Assembly: GCA_043228905.1 (NCBI GenBank)
Contig: JBHGNT010000022.1
Location: forward strand, 4,402,001-4,466,000
DNA from: Azolla caroliniana
Lineage: Eukaryota > Plantae > Polypodiophyta
DNA length: 64,000 nucleotides
Direction: 5' to 3'
The first letter of the stretch is position 1; each line of letters starts with the position of its first letter. Shown here in pieces: positions 12,501 through 26,110 of the stretch. Made by a program: the position numbers and the translations under genes. The notes under the pieces were generated by a model that was not told the origin of the DNA, did not search any database, and worked only from the letters and a program-made list of their open reading frames with translations.

Positions 12501-15155
12501 AGAAGTGCGTGAGCCGGAGAGCTACGCAGAAGCGGCAAAGGACGCAAATTGGCGTGCCGCTATGGAGGAAGAAATGCGGGGACTGGATGCCAACGGAACT
12601 TGGGACCTGGTTGACCCTCCCCGTAACTATAAACCGATCAGATGCAAGTGGGTGTACAAGGTAAAGTACGATGCCGACGGTACAGTTAACCGGTACAAAG
12701 CCCGGTTAGTGGTGAAGGGATATGCGCAGACCCACGGAATCAACTACGACGAGACCTTCGCTCCTGTAGCGAAGATGACGACGATTCATGTGGTACTGGC
12801 GGTTGCTGTGGCGTGGGGGTGGCATCTTCATTAGATGGATGTGAAGAATGCCTTCCTTCAAGGAGATCTTCAAGAAGAAGTCTTTATGACTCAGCCCCCG
12901 GATTTCAGTCGGAGGTGAACAAGTCGGTGGTATGCTGACTGAGGAAGTCGTTGTACGGCTTGAAGCAAGCCCCCCGTGCTTGGAATGCTAAGATCACGCA
13001 CGGGTTGCGAAAGATGGGGTTTGTTGCCTCTAAGTCGGACTCTTCCCTGTTCTTCCGTCAAGGCTCAAACGGTCCGGTATGTATCTTACTCTATGTTGAT
13101 GATTTAGTCATCACTGGCCCAGGTCTTCCGGAAATCAACCGCGTCAAGTCCCAGTTGTCGGACGCATTCGATATGAAGGACTTGGGGGACCTTCATTATT
13201 TTTTGGGGATCGAGGTGATCCACACCCCCAACGGCATATTGCTTTCTCAATGCCATTATGTGTTGAATATACTGAACAAGTTCGGCATGACGGAATGGCG
13301 ACCTGTCTCCACACCCCTGGACCGGAATCAGAAGATCCGTCCCAACTCCGGACCATCCTGCGATGAGAAACGGTTCCGAAAAATAGTCGGAAGCCTAATC
13401 TACTTCACCATTACCCAACCCGACATTAGCTATCCGGTCGGAGTGGTAAGCCAATTCATGCAGAAGCCGACCGTCGAGCACCTTTAGTGCGCGCAACGAA
13501 TACTGAGGTATGTAAGCGGCACTAAGGACCGGGGGCTCTTATACCGGCAAGGTATAACCAAAGAGCTTGTCGGCTACACGGATGCCGACTGGGCTGGCGA
13601 TGCAACGGATCGTCGCCCAACTTCCGGCTTTATGTTTTCTCTTGGGAGCGGGGTTGTTGCGTGGAGCAACAAAAATCAGCCAACAGTGGCTCTATCCATC
13701 ACTGAGGTTCAATACCTGCGAAGCCATTTGGCTTCAGCGACTACTGCAAGACCTGCGGATTGAGGTACCGACCCCAATCCTGATCTACTGCGATAACCTC
13801 AGCAGCAAGCAGCTCGCCAAGAACCCTGTGTTCCATGCTCGCACAAAGCACATAGAAGTGCATTATCACTTCGTGCGTGAGCGGGTCCTGAGCGGTGAAG
13901 TTGAACTACGGTATGTTCACACGGATCGGCAAGTTGCCAACATCTTCACCAAGCCGCTTGGGTCGGACAAGTTGCAGCACTTACCGAAATGCTTGGTGTT
14001 CTGAATCCCGACGTGCCACACTTGAGGGGGAGACGCAAGGGCAACGACACTACCGAAACAGGCAAAGGCAAAAAAACTGTTGAACCCGTAGGTAAGAGAA
14101 GAACCGGTAGAGGTGGAGACAAGAAGAAAAATGAAGCCAAGTCGACGAAGGAAGTCGGCACATCCGAACAGGCCGGAGTGAGCAGCTGTGAAGAAGAAGT
14201 GTACACTCAGGAAGAGAAGTGCATGCTATGCGGAGGTCATCACGATCGTAATGGCCATGATGCGGAGTCGAATGAAGAATTCGACTTCGGTGAACCGGCT
14301 GAAGAAGCCAAGGGAAACACGAAGAAGGCCAAGACCCGGACGTGGTCCGATGTGGTGAGAGGCCTGAAGCCGAAAATCGAATCGGAGGATACCGATTCGG
14401 ACAAGAGCTGGAATGAGTCGGAGACAGCCGATTCGGATCAATAGACGGATCCGGATGAGTCGGATCAACGAGAGGCTAAGGAGACACGGACGCAGCGGAA
14501 ATCGATGCCATCGCGGAGAAACCGACGGATCGGCAAACGCCGGAGTCATAACAGTGAAGGAGCTGAGATGGGCCTATTGAGCAGACTTGCCGAACATCGA
14601 GGTGTGCAGAACCAAAGGGGTCGCGGCAAATGGGACCAGACCGGACAAGGAGCGTGAGCAAGGCGAAGCGACGCCAGGAGAAGTCGGTTGGAAGAACCGG
14701 CTGCCACAGAGGTTGACACTACGACCCTACCTCAAGTTGATCTTGAGGGGGAGTGTTGAGCGGCAAGCTCAACCGGAGCCGGATCGGCTGAATAAGCCTG
14801 AGCCAGTAAGCGAGATGAATCGGTATGCCGGTGAGCAACCGAGCCGGTAAGCAGTAAGGACCGGTGAGCTGGGGAGCCGGTATGCCGGATCCAATCCGTA
14901 ACCGGAAGCCTAGTATAGGTTAGACTACTAGGCAGTTATAATCTCGTAGTTAGTGTCAGATGCTCGTGTGAGAATTGAAGTACACCGTACTTCTAACAGT
15001 CCCGTGTGGACTTGTATAAATAGCGTTGATGAGTGCGTTGTAGATACAGAGCACAGAGTATTCATATAATTTTGGAAAATAGTGTGTCCTGCTCTCTCTC
15101 TCTCTCTCTCTTTGTGTATTGTTCTTTCTAACGTTTCCGCAAGAAATCTTTAACA
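9228..15155 (+). mobile_element. Full-length degenerate Ty1/copia element D
   Basis: LTRs 9228-9658 and 14754-15155 (TG...CA), PBS tggtatcagagc 9659-9670, PPT ttgagggggag before 14754, and imperfect TSD aacac/aagac. Domain order is gag-PR-INT-RT-RH. Confidence 0.96.
9754..14444 (+). pseudogene. gag-pol polyprotein of D with C-terminal extension; several stops and frameshifts
   Basis: ATG at 9754 (MDRGMATSLPVEKL), then WYVDSGAS, WHKRIGH, FIDDYTR, LYVDDL and ARTKHIEVHYHF. In-frame TAG/TGA at e.g. 10063, 10399, 11005, 12832 and 13485. Confidence 0.92.
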
Positions 15156-16810
15156 AAGACATATAGTGTTACCAAGACACACACAACGTCAACAAAGTGG
15201 TATCTGCAAGCCAACCTCGATGGTGGGAGACGAATGACGTTCTCTAGACAAAATAGCAAGATCAACCATTGGGATACATCTGATCATGCTCATCGAAACT
15301 CATCCTAATTCGGCAATTATTTAATTTAAGATGAGAAAGATGGATCCGAAAACCTCCCACATCAACACGTTCAGTCGGGTGTTGACCGAACTGTAAAAGA
15401 AAGTATGTGGAAGCTATAATAGATCACAACCGGCTCAATCGGATAGAAACAGAGAACATAGACAAACAATGGAGATACATAGAGGGTGTGTGTGAGAGAG
15501 AGAATAAAACTCTTTTCAAAAGGCTCTGTAAAACTCTGTACATATAATGTCCTCTGTGAGCACTTTTATACAAGTTCTTAAAGGTTTGACAAATACTTTA
15601 ATGCTTGTACCTAGCGACTGCCACTAACTCCTAAAAATATGCCTATGTAAGGCTAGGATTGTAGGCAGAGATCCAGCTCTTCGTGCTAGATATCAATTTG
15701 AACACCGATCCGGCTCTTCGTTTCGAATTACGATCTGGCTCTTGCTTATTCAGCCTATCCGGATCATGTTGAGCTTGTCTGCTCAACACTCCCCCTAAAT
15801 AAAGCTGAAATTGAGGTTGTATCATGGTGTCTGACTTTGTCTGCCCTTGCTTTTGGCTTCTCCTAGCATCTTCACGCCTCACTTGTGCTCCTTGACCGGT
15901 CCAGTTCCGCGTTCCTTGACCCCTCTGGTCCAACACTGTTGGACCCTTTCTGTTTTGCGCTCCTCAACCCTTATGGTCGGTTTGTTTGCTCTCTAGGATC
16001 TTCTTAGCTTTTCCGGTGTTTGGGCACTCATGCCCCTTAACCCGTCGGTCCTTCCATCTCGTCCAGATCACTCTTTTCTTCTGAATCAATTGTATTCGAT
16101 TTGTCTACTTCAAGGCCGTTAACCACGTCTTTGTCCTGGACTTCCTACCCTTTTGGGCTCTACCTCCCCCTTGTTTGGTCAGTTTCAACTTAGCCTTGAT
16201 CCTTTGGTCGTTCTCCCTGTATCCGTCCTCGCCTTCTTCAGCCATCTCGAAGTCGAATTCTTCATCTGATTCGTATTTCTGGATTTCTTCTTCTTCTTCT
16301 TCTTCTCTGCCACTCCTTTCCCCCCTCAAGGTTGGCATATGGAGGTGCTGCAAACCAAGCGCTCCTGAGAATTGCCACAACTTGTCCAAGGCAAGGGGTT
16401 TGTTGAAGTTATCAGCAATTTGCCAATCCGTCGGAACATACACAAGTTCCACTTCATTGGAAATGATAGTGCACCTCAATGCGCTTGGTCCGGGTGTGGA
16501 AAAAGGGGTTTTTTGCCAATTGAATGTAGCTGAGGTTGTCACAATAGATCGTTGTCAGATACGACACCTCCATCTACAGATCCTTTAGTAGCTTCTTGAG
16601 CCATATAGCTTCGCATGTCGCGACAACCGTTCCTCGATATTCGACCTCCGTGCTTGACAATGCAATTGTCGGCTACTTCTTACTGCTCCAGGCGATTGCG
16701 ACGCTCCCAAGTGAAAACACAAAGCCTGATGTAGACCTACGATCACCTACATTCCCAGGCCAATCAACGTCCGTGTAGCCGACTAATTGTTCGGCAACAG
16801 CGGTCCGATA

Positions 16811-19800
16811 TGTTGAGAAGCAAGCTCAACAAACGTATGTGATGCTTATTGAAAAATAAGCTATAGTAGTTATTAGCTAATTAGCTACTAGTGGACATAA
16901 AGGTGAAACTGTTATTTAGCTATGCACATCTATTTAGCTACAGACAGCTAATTAGCTACTGGCAACTAATTAGCTGCATATATAAGTCTCTTATAACTTA
17001 GGTAAAAAGTAAGTAGTAAGCAGTAAGTGAGAGTAGTGCAAAGAGTAGAAAGAACAGAAAACAGAAAATAGACGAGATCAAGTTGAGCTCTATGTGTAAT
17101 GAAGTAGAAGCCTTTGGACTATGCAAAGGTAAGTCTCCTTCCCCTTCCCCTTTCTGTCTTGAGCACTAAACGATCCAGCACATCACGATACATTGTGCAC
17201 ACAGAAGAGCCGTAGGGCCTTCGTAACATGGTATCAGAGCAGAGTTGCTCATAAAGAATATTAGAACAAGTACAGAGATCTGAGAAGTTTGTTTCTGGTT
17301 GCTGATCGGAATCAGAGAGAGTTGTCTATGAAGTTAACCCTAATTGAAAGAGAAAATGGTTGTAGAGAAACCAAGCCAAATAGTCACAAAAAAGATGGAT
17401 AAAAACAATTTCCAGACATGGAAATTCATAATGACAAACATTCTTATGGGGAAAGGATACTGGGATTATATTGAAGGAGACCTAGAAGAGGCTCGAGAGA
17501 TCCCAGAAGAAAATGCAACTGTTGCATAGATTAAAGAATTTAAGTAATGGAATCAATGGGCAAAAAAGGTATTGCATTGGTTCTCACTTAGCATCTTAGA
17601 TTCGATGCTTGGACACATACAAGATGTTATGCTTCCAAAAGAAGCTTGGGACAGTTTGGTAAAACTGTTTGTAGTGAATACAAAGGCTAGAAAGCTTCAG
17701 TTGAAGACTGAGCTAAATACTTTGGAAAAAGGTAAGATGTCAGTGAATGAGTACGCTCTGAAAATAAAGAGCATATGTGAATCACTTGCTTCTATCAATG
17801 TGAAGGTATTAGATGATGATAAGGTGGAAATATGCTTAAGAGGTTTAGGACCTCAATATAAAAGCTTCAAAACATCTATTCTCACAAGGGATAGCATCCC
17901 TAGTTTTCCAGATTTGGTTTCAATGCTTGTAGTGGAAGAAAGAAATCAGATGGAAGATGTAAACAAAGGAAAATCTAAGACTAACGGGCAAGCCCTCTAC
18001 AATAGTGCTAGAAGAGGCCAAGGAAGAGGTCATTGAAGATCTGGTTCAGCTAGAACCAACAATAGTTATCAAGGAAGAGGACAACAAGTTACAAGTGGAA
18101 GAAACAACATCAGAGGTAGGGGCAGCAATCGAGGTAGAGGTAAGCAAACCTATTTGAATGATGGTGGCTACTGGTATTGTGGAAAACTAGACCATACACA
18201 AGCTGAATGCTATAAAAAGCAAAATGATGTAAAAAGAGGAAAGAGACAGTAAAATAACTATGCTTCAACTAGTGAAGACTATGATAAAGATGGTGCATTT
18301 GTGATGCAACATGAAACAGCAACAATGGTTGAAAGTTCACAGAGATGCAATGAAGAGTTTATGTGGTATGTAGATTCTGGGGCATCTAATCATATGACAG
18401 GACATAAAAACTGGTTTGAAAATTTAAGGGAACCAGAGATTCCTGGTTATGTACATACAAGTGATAATACTACTCACCAAATAGAGCATGTTGGCGATAT
18501 CCCATTGTGGGAAGAAAAAGGAAAAACGAAGTATATGCTGAATGTTATGCATGTTCCAAACCTTGCAAAAAATCTTATTTCTGTTGGACAAATAGTGGAG
18601 CAAGGAATGCACGTTAAGTTTAAGCAAAGTGGATGCTTTATAGAGAAAAATGGAAAGCTCATTGCAAAAGGAAAACGACAAGGAAGAATGTTTATTTTGG
18701 ATGTGGATATGCCTAAAAAGATTACATCCATGTTTGCAAAAGGAATGAGTGTAATCTCAGATGTGGAAATGTGGCATAAAAGAATCGGTCAGATAAGTAT
18801 GCAATGTAATCTCAGATGTGGAAATATGCTGACGGTTCGGTTAACCGGTACAAGGCCTGGTTCGTGGCGAAGGGATACACGTAGACCCACAGAATCGACT
18901 ACGACAAGACCTTCGCTCCGGTAGCGAAGATGACGACGGTTTGTGTGCTGTTGACAGTTGTTGCGGCAAGGGGGTGGCATCTTCACGAGATGGACGTGAA
19001 GAATGCATTTCTTCAAGGAGATCTTGAAGAAGAGGTCTTTAGGACCCAACCCCTTGGATTCCAATCGGAGATGAACAAGTCGGTGGTATCCCGGCTGAAG
19101 AAGTCACTTTATGGCCTTAAGCAAGCCCCTCAAGCTTGGAATGTGAAGATCACGCACCGGTTGCGAAGATGGGGTTTGCGGCCTCCAAGTCCGACTCGTC
19201 GTTGTTCATCCGGCAAGGTCCAAACGGTCTGGTTTGCATCTTGCTGTATGTTGATGATCTAGTCATCACCAGACCCGGACTCGATGAAATCAGCCTAGTC
19301 AAGTCCCAACTGTCGGACGCATTTGAGATGAGGGACCTGGGGGGACCTTCACTATTTCCTTGGGATCGAGGTGATCCGAATCCCCGACGGCATATTGCTC
19401 TCACAAAGACACTATGTGTTAAGTATGTTGTACAAGTTCAACATGACGGAATGCTGACCGATCTCCACACCCCTGGACCGGAACTAGAAACTCTGTCCCG
19501 ACTTCGGACCGGCCTGCGATGAGAAGTGGTTCCGACAAATCGTCAGAAGCCTTATATATTTGACAATCACCCAGCCTGACATCAGTTATCCGGTCGGTGT
19601 GATCAGCCAATATATGCAGAAGCCGACCGTGGAGCACCTTCTGTGCGCACATCGAATTTTGAGATATGTGAGTGGCATGAAGGACCGGGCACTATTATAC
19701 CGGCATGGTATAACTGAAGAGCTAGTCGGCTACACCGATGCTGACTGGGCTGGGGATGCATTGGATCGCCGATCCACCTCTGGCTATATGTTTTCCCTTG

Positions 19801-21260
19801 GTAGCGCGGTTGATGCGTGGAGCAGCAAAAAGCAGCCAACAATGGCCCTTTCGAGCACTGAGGCTGAATATCGAGGCGCTACCGTTGCCACCTGTGAAAC
19901 CATTTGGCTTTGGCGACTGCTGCAAGACTTGCGGATCGAGCTGTCGACCCGATCTCGATCTACTGCGACAACATTAGCAACATGCAACTCACCAAGAACC
20001 CCGTATTCCATGCTCGCACAAAACACATAGAAGTGCACTACCACTTCGTGCGTGAGCGTGTCCTGAGTGGTGAAGTCGAACTTCGGTATGTTCATAAGGA
20101 TCGGCAAGTTGCCGACATCGTCACCAAACTGCTCGGATTGGACAAGTTGCAGCACTTCACCAAAATGCTTGGCGTTCAACATCTCGACGTGCCACCCTTG
20201 AGGGGGAGAAACGGGCAAGATTACGCCGGTGAGGGAAGAACCGATAAAGGGAGAGACAAGAAGAAGAAAGGAGTTGAGTCAACAAAGTAAGTTGACACAT
20301 CCGAACAAATTGGAAAAAGTGGCAGCGGCGGCAGAGTCAAGAAGGATAGAGCCGACCGAAAGAAGAAGGCCAAGACCCAGACATGGTCCGATGTGGTGAA
20401 GGGCCTAGAACTAGAAGTCGAATCGGGAGTGACTGATTTGGACAGGAGCTGGAACAAATCAGAGATAACCAATTCGGTTCAACAGACGGATTCGGAAGAA
20501 CTGGATCAACTCAAGGCCAAGCGGACGAGAAGGCAGCGGAAGTCGACGCCAACACGAAGGAACTAGTGGGACGACAAGTGTCGAAGTCACAATAACGAGG
20601 GCGTTGAATTGGGCCTGTTGAGCAGACAAGACGACCGAGGAGGTCAAGGTGTGGAGAATCAGAAGGGTCGCTACAAACGGGAGTGAACCGGATGAGGAGC
20701 ACAAGCAAGGCAGAGTGATGCTAGAAGGAGCCGGGTGGAAGGACCGACTGCCATGGAGACTAACACTACGATTCGACCTAAAGTTGAGCTTGAGGGGGAA
20801 GTGTTGAGCGGCAAGCTCAACCGGATCCGGATCGGCTGAATAAGCCTAAGCCGGATCGGCATCCGGAAGGATGAGCTGGATCAGTGAGCCGGTGAGCTGG
20901 GGAGCCGGTTAGTCAGATCCAATAGTAACCGGAAGCCTAGTAGCAGTCTAGACTACTAGGTAGTTAATGTCTCGTAGTTAGTGTCAGTCCTCGTAAGACT
21001 TGTATAAATAGTGTTGTTGAGCACGTTGTTTGTATAGAGAACTATTATTTTTTAATAATAGATTGTTTAACGTTCTGCTCATTCACTGTCTCTCCCGCGT
21101 ACACTCAATGTGTTAATCTCTCTCTCTCTCTATTCTTATCCATCTAAGCCAGTCGTCTAACGCTTCCGCAACTTCGTTTATAGACACATATATGGCTATG
21201 CATTATGCATATATGTCTAAAGTGGTACAAATCCCTGATCCAAATGGTTTTGATGAAGCA
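16811..21260 (+). mobile_element. AT-rich Ty1/copia element G: 5' LTR, PBS, gag, protease, then a short INT-RT linker piece (21183-21260)
   Basis: LTR 16811-17228 and PBS tggtatcagagc 17229-17240. Gag MVVEKPSQIV..., WYVDSGASNHM and WHKRIG follow. After the LTR of H the frame reads YMAMHYAYMSKVVQIPDPNGFDEA in the same AT-rich style. Confidence 0.85.
18826..21182 (+). mobile_element. 3' half of Ty1/copia element H (D family): RT-RH, extension, PPT and 3' LTR, nested in G
   Basis: Begins at ADGSVNRYK and includes LYVDDL and ARTKHIEVHYHF. The LTR 20802-21182 starts tgttgagcggcaagctcaacc, as in D. Confidence 0.88.
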
Positions 21261-22707
21261 AATTCACCAGAGGAATTGAGACGAATTTCCGCTTCGTCAT
21301 TCCGAACCTGAAGAGCATACTTAGCACGTAATGTTGTTGGCTGATCAGTATGCCTTCAGGGGTACAAATCACTTCAATCCCGAGCAAGTAATGAAGGTCC
21401 CCTAAGTCTTTCATGTTGAATGATGTTGCTAGTTGGGACTTTACACGGCTGATTTCCTCTGGGTTGGTTCTGACGATGACCAAATCATCAACATAAAGTA
21501 AAATCCTTACCGGCCCATTCTGACATTGTCGGGTGAAGAGTGAAGAGTTCGACTTGGATGTAGCAAACCCCATCTGACGTAGGTGTTACATGATCTTAGT
21601 GTTCCAGGCACGGGGGGCTTGCTTTAATCTGTAAAGAGAATTCTTTAGTCGGCAGATAACCAACGTATTCAATCCAGACTCAAATCTAGGTGGCTACACC
21701 CTGTATACTTGTTCCTCAAGTTCTCCTTGCAGGAACATGTTCTTCACATCCATCTAGTGCAAATGCCAACCCTTTGCCGTGGCGACCACAAGCAAGACAC
21801 GGACGGTCGTCAACTTCGCGCAGTGTTGCTGCGCATAGCCGTGGACGGTCAATGTCGTGTTGCTGCGCATAGCCCTTAGTCACTAACCGGTGTCGTGAAG
21901 ATTTTCGGCAATGCTGTGAAAATTGTGAGGAACATACAAAATCGAGTGTGGTTCTTCACACACGATATGAAACAATAATAGTAAAGATACTATTTTAAAT
22001 TAGTTTAATATCTTGGTACGAAAAAATGGATGTCAGCAAGAGCTTCTGAATGCATTTTACTACACATGAAACAGACAACTAAGTGTCAAGTTATCTGAGT
22101 GTGAAGTTTGAGAAGAAGAAGAGGAAAACAAAATTGTGAGATATCCCACATTCATAGGACAACATCAGGATTCGAGCATATATAAGTAGAGCCATATCTC
22201 TTTTATATCTATGTATTTATAGCACATAAAGGTTGTGGGTTCTATAAATTAGATGAATGAATGTGGTCAAGTTATTCAAATAGGGTTTTGGACGGATCCG
22301 GACCGGGTGGACAGATGGAACTGGAGTGGACTGGACGGAACCGGATCGGATCGGTCGGGACGTACGGACCGGTCGGACAAATTCATCGGGTCGGTCGGAT
22401 AGGTGGATCATGATGCACTGTTTCTTGAAGATTTCTCAGTGTGAAAGGAACAAAATCGTCTACAGGTTCCATAGCTTCATTGGAGGTCGAAGGTGTAATA
22501 TGCAGTTAAACATTTGTAAATAGAAGACTAAAGCCTTGTAAAATTTTGTGTTTATGGTGTAAGTAAGAATTTGAACCTTGCACCTTCAAGATAGGAGACA
22601 AATTACTTACCACTAAAGCCAGTACTGAGTGCTTTCGAATTTGTATATTTTCTTTTCATATTCAGTATTTTGTAGGAAGCAAACATATAGAAACCATAAG
22701 CACAAAA

Positions 22708-22782
22708 CCATGGTTTTAGCCCATGCTTTTAGCTCGTGGTTTTAGCCCATGGTTTTAGCCCGTGGTTTTAGCCCATGGTTTT
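22708..22782. repeat. 13-bp tandem repeat ccatggttttagc in the LTR of I (also 39827-39903)
   Basis: About five to six degenerate copies are visible in both LTRs, just upstream of cctataaaa. Confidence 0.9.
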
Positions 22783-23089
22783 TGTATGGAGAGACCTATA
22801 AAATCCTATAGTTGGGCTTGTGTAAAGGGGGAAGGGATGTAAGTAAAATAAGAAACTTTTAATGAAAGATCTGAGTTATCCTAATGGTGATGTATCTTGT
22901 CTCGTAAAACTAAAGTCAAGGGTTCAATCTCTATATCTCAATCTCTCTCTCTATCTTTTCATCCATCTATCTATCTTCAATACTTTCTCGCTTACACTAC
23001 TAAAAACATTGAATCCTTCCAATACAGGACCTCGACAGTTCCGCCTCACGATCCGCAGGTAGTGATGGATTTGTCACGACATAATAGAG

Positions 23090-23107
23090 TGGTGAACTTG
23101 ACGTGAA
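23090..23107 (+). promoter_or_regulatory. Primer-binding site, tRNA-Trp type (2 mismatches)
   Basis: tggtgaacttgacgtgaa versus tggtgaacccgacgtgaa in L. The latter is complementary to the plant cytosolic tRNA-Trp 3' end ...TTCACGTCGGGTTCACCA (recalled from memory, not searched). Confidence 0.8.
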
Positions 23108-24786
23108 AGAGGCGGTAGGAAGGATCAAGTCAAGGATCGATCGATACTTGGAGATGGCATCCTCAAGCAATCAAGCAGGAGAGTTTGAAAGGATGATGCT
23201 ACTTGTCGAACAAATGATGAGATCTTGGGACAACGATGCGAGTGTGGAGAAGGCTGTCGACCGTGTCGTGGAGCTCGAGGGTCAATTTGACGAAAGGAAC
23301 ATTACGAAGTTCCTTGATTCATACGGAAGGGAGATGAATCAGAGGGACGTGTCTAAAGCGCGTCAAATCAGAAGTTTCAAGAGAGTGGTCGCCAACAACA
23401 TCCAAAGGCGCGTCATCAAGCTTGAAGAAGACAAAACATGGTCCGAGTTCAAGAAAGCAATATTAGCGGAGTTCGCGATGTAAGATTTGTCGAGGATGAC
23501 TTGACATGCCTTGATTAAGTGGATAGAGAAGAAAAATAAGAAGGTAAGCACGTCGAGGGTGTACGACGAGTTCGACCAGATGTTTAGTCTTCTCCCTACC
23601 ACGGACCAAGTGTTGCTTGATGAGGACAAGACTTTGTACTTCTTGAAAGCTCTAGATATGAAGGATAGACGAGAATTGGGGACTCTCCTCGAAGATGATA
23701 CCCAAGCAAATAGGCTTGTGGCAGATTGGATTGCAGTGAAGTGAGCATGCAAGAGGCTAAACAAGCGTCGTCAATGGGTTGATGACACCAACTTGGCAGG
23801 ATCAACCAGGGAGAAAACGAGACAACCGAAAGTAGCTGAGCAGCCCAAACAAAGGAACCCGAAAGAAAAGAAGATTGATGAGGACATCATCAAAGAATTG
23901 GCGAAAAAGTTCGAGACAGTCACGCTAGCGAACATGAATCGTTGGGGCCTCAAGGGAAAAGAACCCTTTAGATGCGTGTGGTGCGATAGCATGGACCACA
24001 TGAGAAGGGATTGCGCAATCCTTCGAGAAGCCATTCGACAAAATATCATATACATGGATGGCAACATGATCTGCTTAAGTGAGACTAGAAGACCCCTACA
24101 GGCGAATTTCGGAAGGCGGGAGCAAAGTTTTGGTCAACCGTTCTCGAGTATGAGAAGAAGGGAAAGGTCACTTCGAACGAGGTTACAGCTTGCGGACCGA
24201 AGTATGCAAATTATAACTGGATGGTCGGATCAAATGGATGATAACACCATACTCGCGGAAGTGATGTGTGACAACCACGAGGTGTTCATGGATGAAAAGA
24301 GAAAAAGAATGGAATGTTACCGGCCGGCAAGGAGTCCAAAATACGGAGTGAAGGAATTAATTAAGTATGGTTGTAAATAAGCATAGTATGGACGGACGGA
24401 CTAGAAACGGTATGCCGTTCCAGATTCGGACGGATCCCGAATAGGTGCGATAGGCACCGTTTTGTACTACGGACCGGAAACCTATTTAAAGGCCCGGAGC
24501 CCATTGTAATCGCAGCGGATAATTAATAGAGCGTATGGTGTTTATACTTCTGTGTTGATTTCCGTTCTGTACTTACTGTTATATCTTACGCGTGTAATTA
24601 ACAAAAGCGCTCTAATCGTGTAACCTACGTAAGTCGGTGTAATCGTTGAGTCATAATCCTATGCCGTAATCACCCTTTGGTGAAGTGTCTCCGCGACACC
24701 TTGTGTTAGGCCTTGTCCGGTCAGAGAATAACACAGTTTTGGCTACCACGATTCCTGCTTTCTCGCAGCGAACGACGGCTTAATGG

Positions 24787-26110
24787 ATGACGAGACATAC
24801 GCACGACCTGGTTACAGACCGAGCTCGACGCCTCGCCGAACGGCAAAGACGGCGTGAGACTTTCCAGCAAGCAGCGCACGAAATTCGCTCGGATCGTTCG
24901 TTCTCCAACGAGATCCGGAGAGTCGCGGAGGAATCTCTTCGGTTACAGCAAACTCGCGACCAGGACGACGGAAGCGGTCTAAGTAGTCTCCGGGAAACCG
25001 AACGCCTCCTCGAGGCGCTGGCAAGCGGAGAAAACGAGGCAGAAGCCTTTTCAGCCTACGAATCGGATTCCGAAGGGGGATACAGCGTGCACACGAACTA
25101 CCGGAGCAGCAACGATACCCCCGGCGGCCCGGAGGACGACGGGTCAGATACCGTGCCCACTCCAGAACCGGAACCGTTCGACCAGGGCTATCCGGAACCG
25201 CAAACGGAAGCCGTCAACCCACCAACACCGGAAGTGGAAGAAGCAAAGCCACCGACACCAACAAAAGAGCTGGTGAAGGTACCGGAAGAAGAGCCGGTGA
25301 AGGAACCGGAAAAAGAACCGGAAGAGGAACCGGAAAAAGCACCGGCAAAAGAACCGGAAGTGGAACCGGAGAGAAAACCAGAAAGATATCAACAAACGCC
25401 ACTAAACCGCGGCCTAATACTGGACGACGACATGCCGTTCCAATAGTCAAAGTATCGCGATGATCCGGACGCGGAAGCGCATGTTCATGCCTTCGAGCAG
25501 ACATGGGAAGCAAATAACGCGTCCCAGCGACTGACACCGGAGGAAGAAGAACGCTCGAAGATAGCGGAATTCGGGGTCACGTTGGAAGGACCAGCGACAC
25601 GATGGCGGCGGACGCAGGACCCGGCGACCATCACAACCTTTGCAGAATTAAAAGCAAAATTCTTGCATTTTTTCCACAAGGAGGTCGACTAGACGACAAT
25701 GGTGGGCCTGTTTTATACGATCTGACAGGAGGCAGGGGAAAACATTCCCCAATTCGTCATCCGTTTCCAACGAATGCATAGCCAGCTTGCCCGTGCACCC
25801 CCGGAGGAGGAATTACGGACGATATTTTTAAACACACTCCGGGAACCGTTACGCACGGTGTGTACGGTGATCGACTTTCGAGGAAGTACCATTGACCAGG
25901 TCATTGACCGGGTCAGAGAAATGGAAAAGTCAAGCTCATGGCTTACACTGGGAGCACTGCAACGGGCGTTACCCACCGATGAAGATCTCCGGTTCTGGCA
26001 GGCAATTCAATGCACGATCTGCTTGAATGCCGGACACTCGGCAGTGGAGTGCACCATGCGAACCCAGTGTGTGATTTGTCAATCCAAGAGTCATACAACG
26101 GACCGGTGCG
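24787..26110 (+). pseudogene. gag of J: acidic/Pro-rich N-terminus, capsid region and two CCHC knuckles; three in-frame stops and a frameshift
   Basis: One frame is continuous through TAG 25444, TAG 25690 and TGA 25723. It includes DPDAEAHVHAFEQTW, TLEGPATRW, CTICLNAGHSAVEC and CVICQSKSHTTDRC. Confidence 0.85.

Larger units (their letters stand above)
8530..15391 (+). mobile_element. Relic copia element E: 5' LTR (split by D), PBS remnant and gag remnant
   Basis: LTR-like sequence with a TATA (tataaat ~9009) and gagtcaaaggg repeats runs to 9227 and resumes at 15156. It ends caaca (15194), followed by aag-tggtatc (PBS remnant 15198-15204) and a Gag-like LIRQLFNL...SHINTFSRVLTEL. The left boundary is uncertain. 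Confidence 0.55.

Noticed and set aside
16811-21182. A single full-length copia element with two different LTRs
   Set aside because: Better explained as H nested in G followed by a deletion, because G's coding sequence resumes at 21183.
21800-21880. Short duplicated gtgttgctgcgcatagcc near the left end of element I
   Set aside because: It is a local rearrangement within F's RT, unrelated to the TSD of I and of no evident function.
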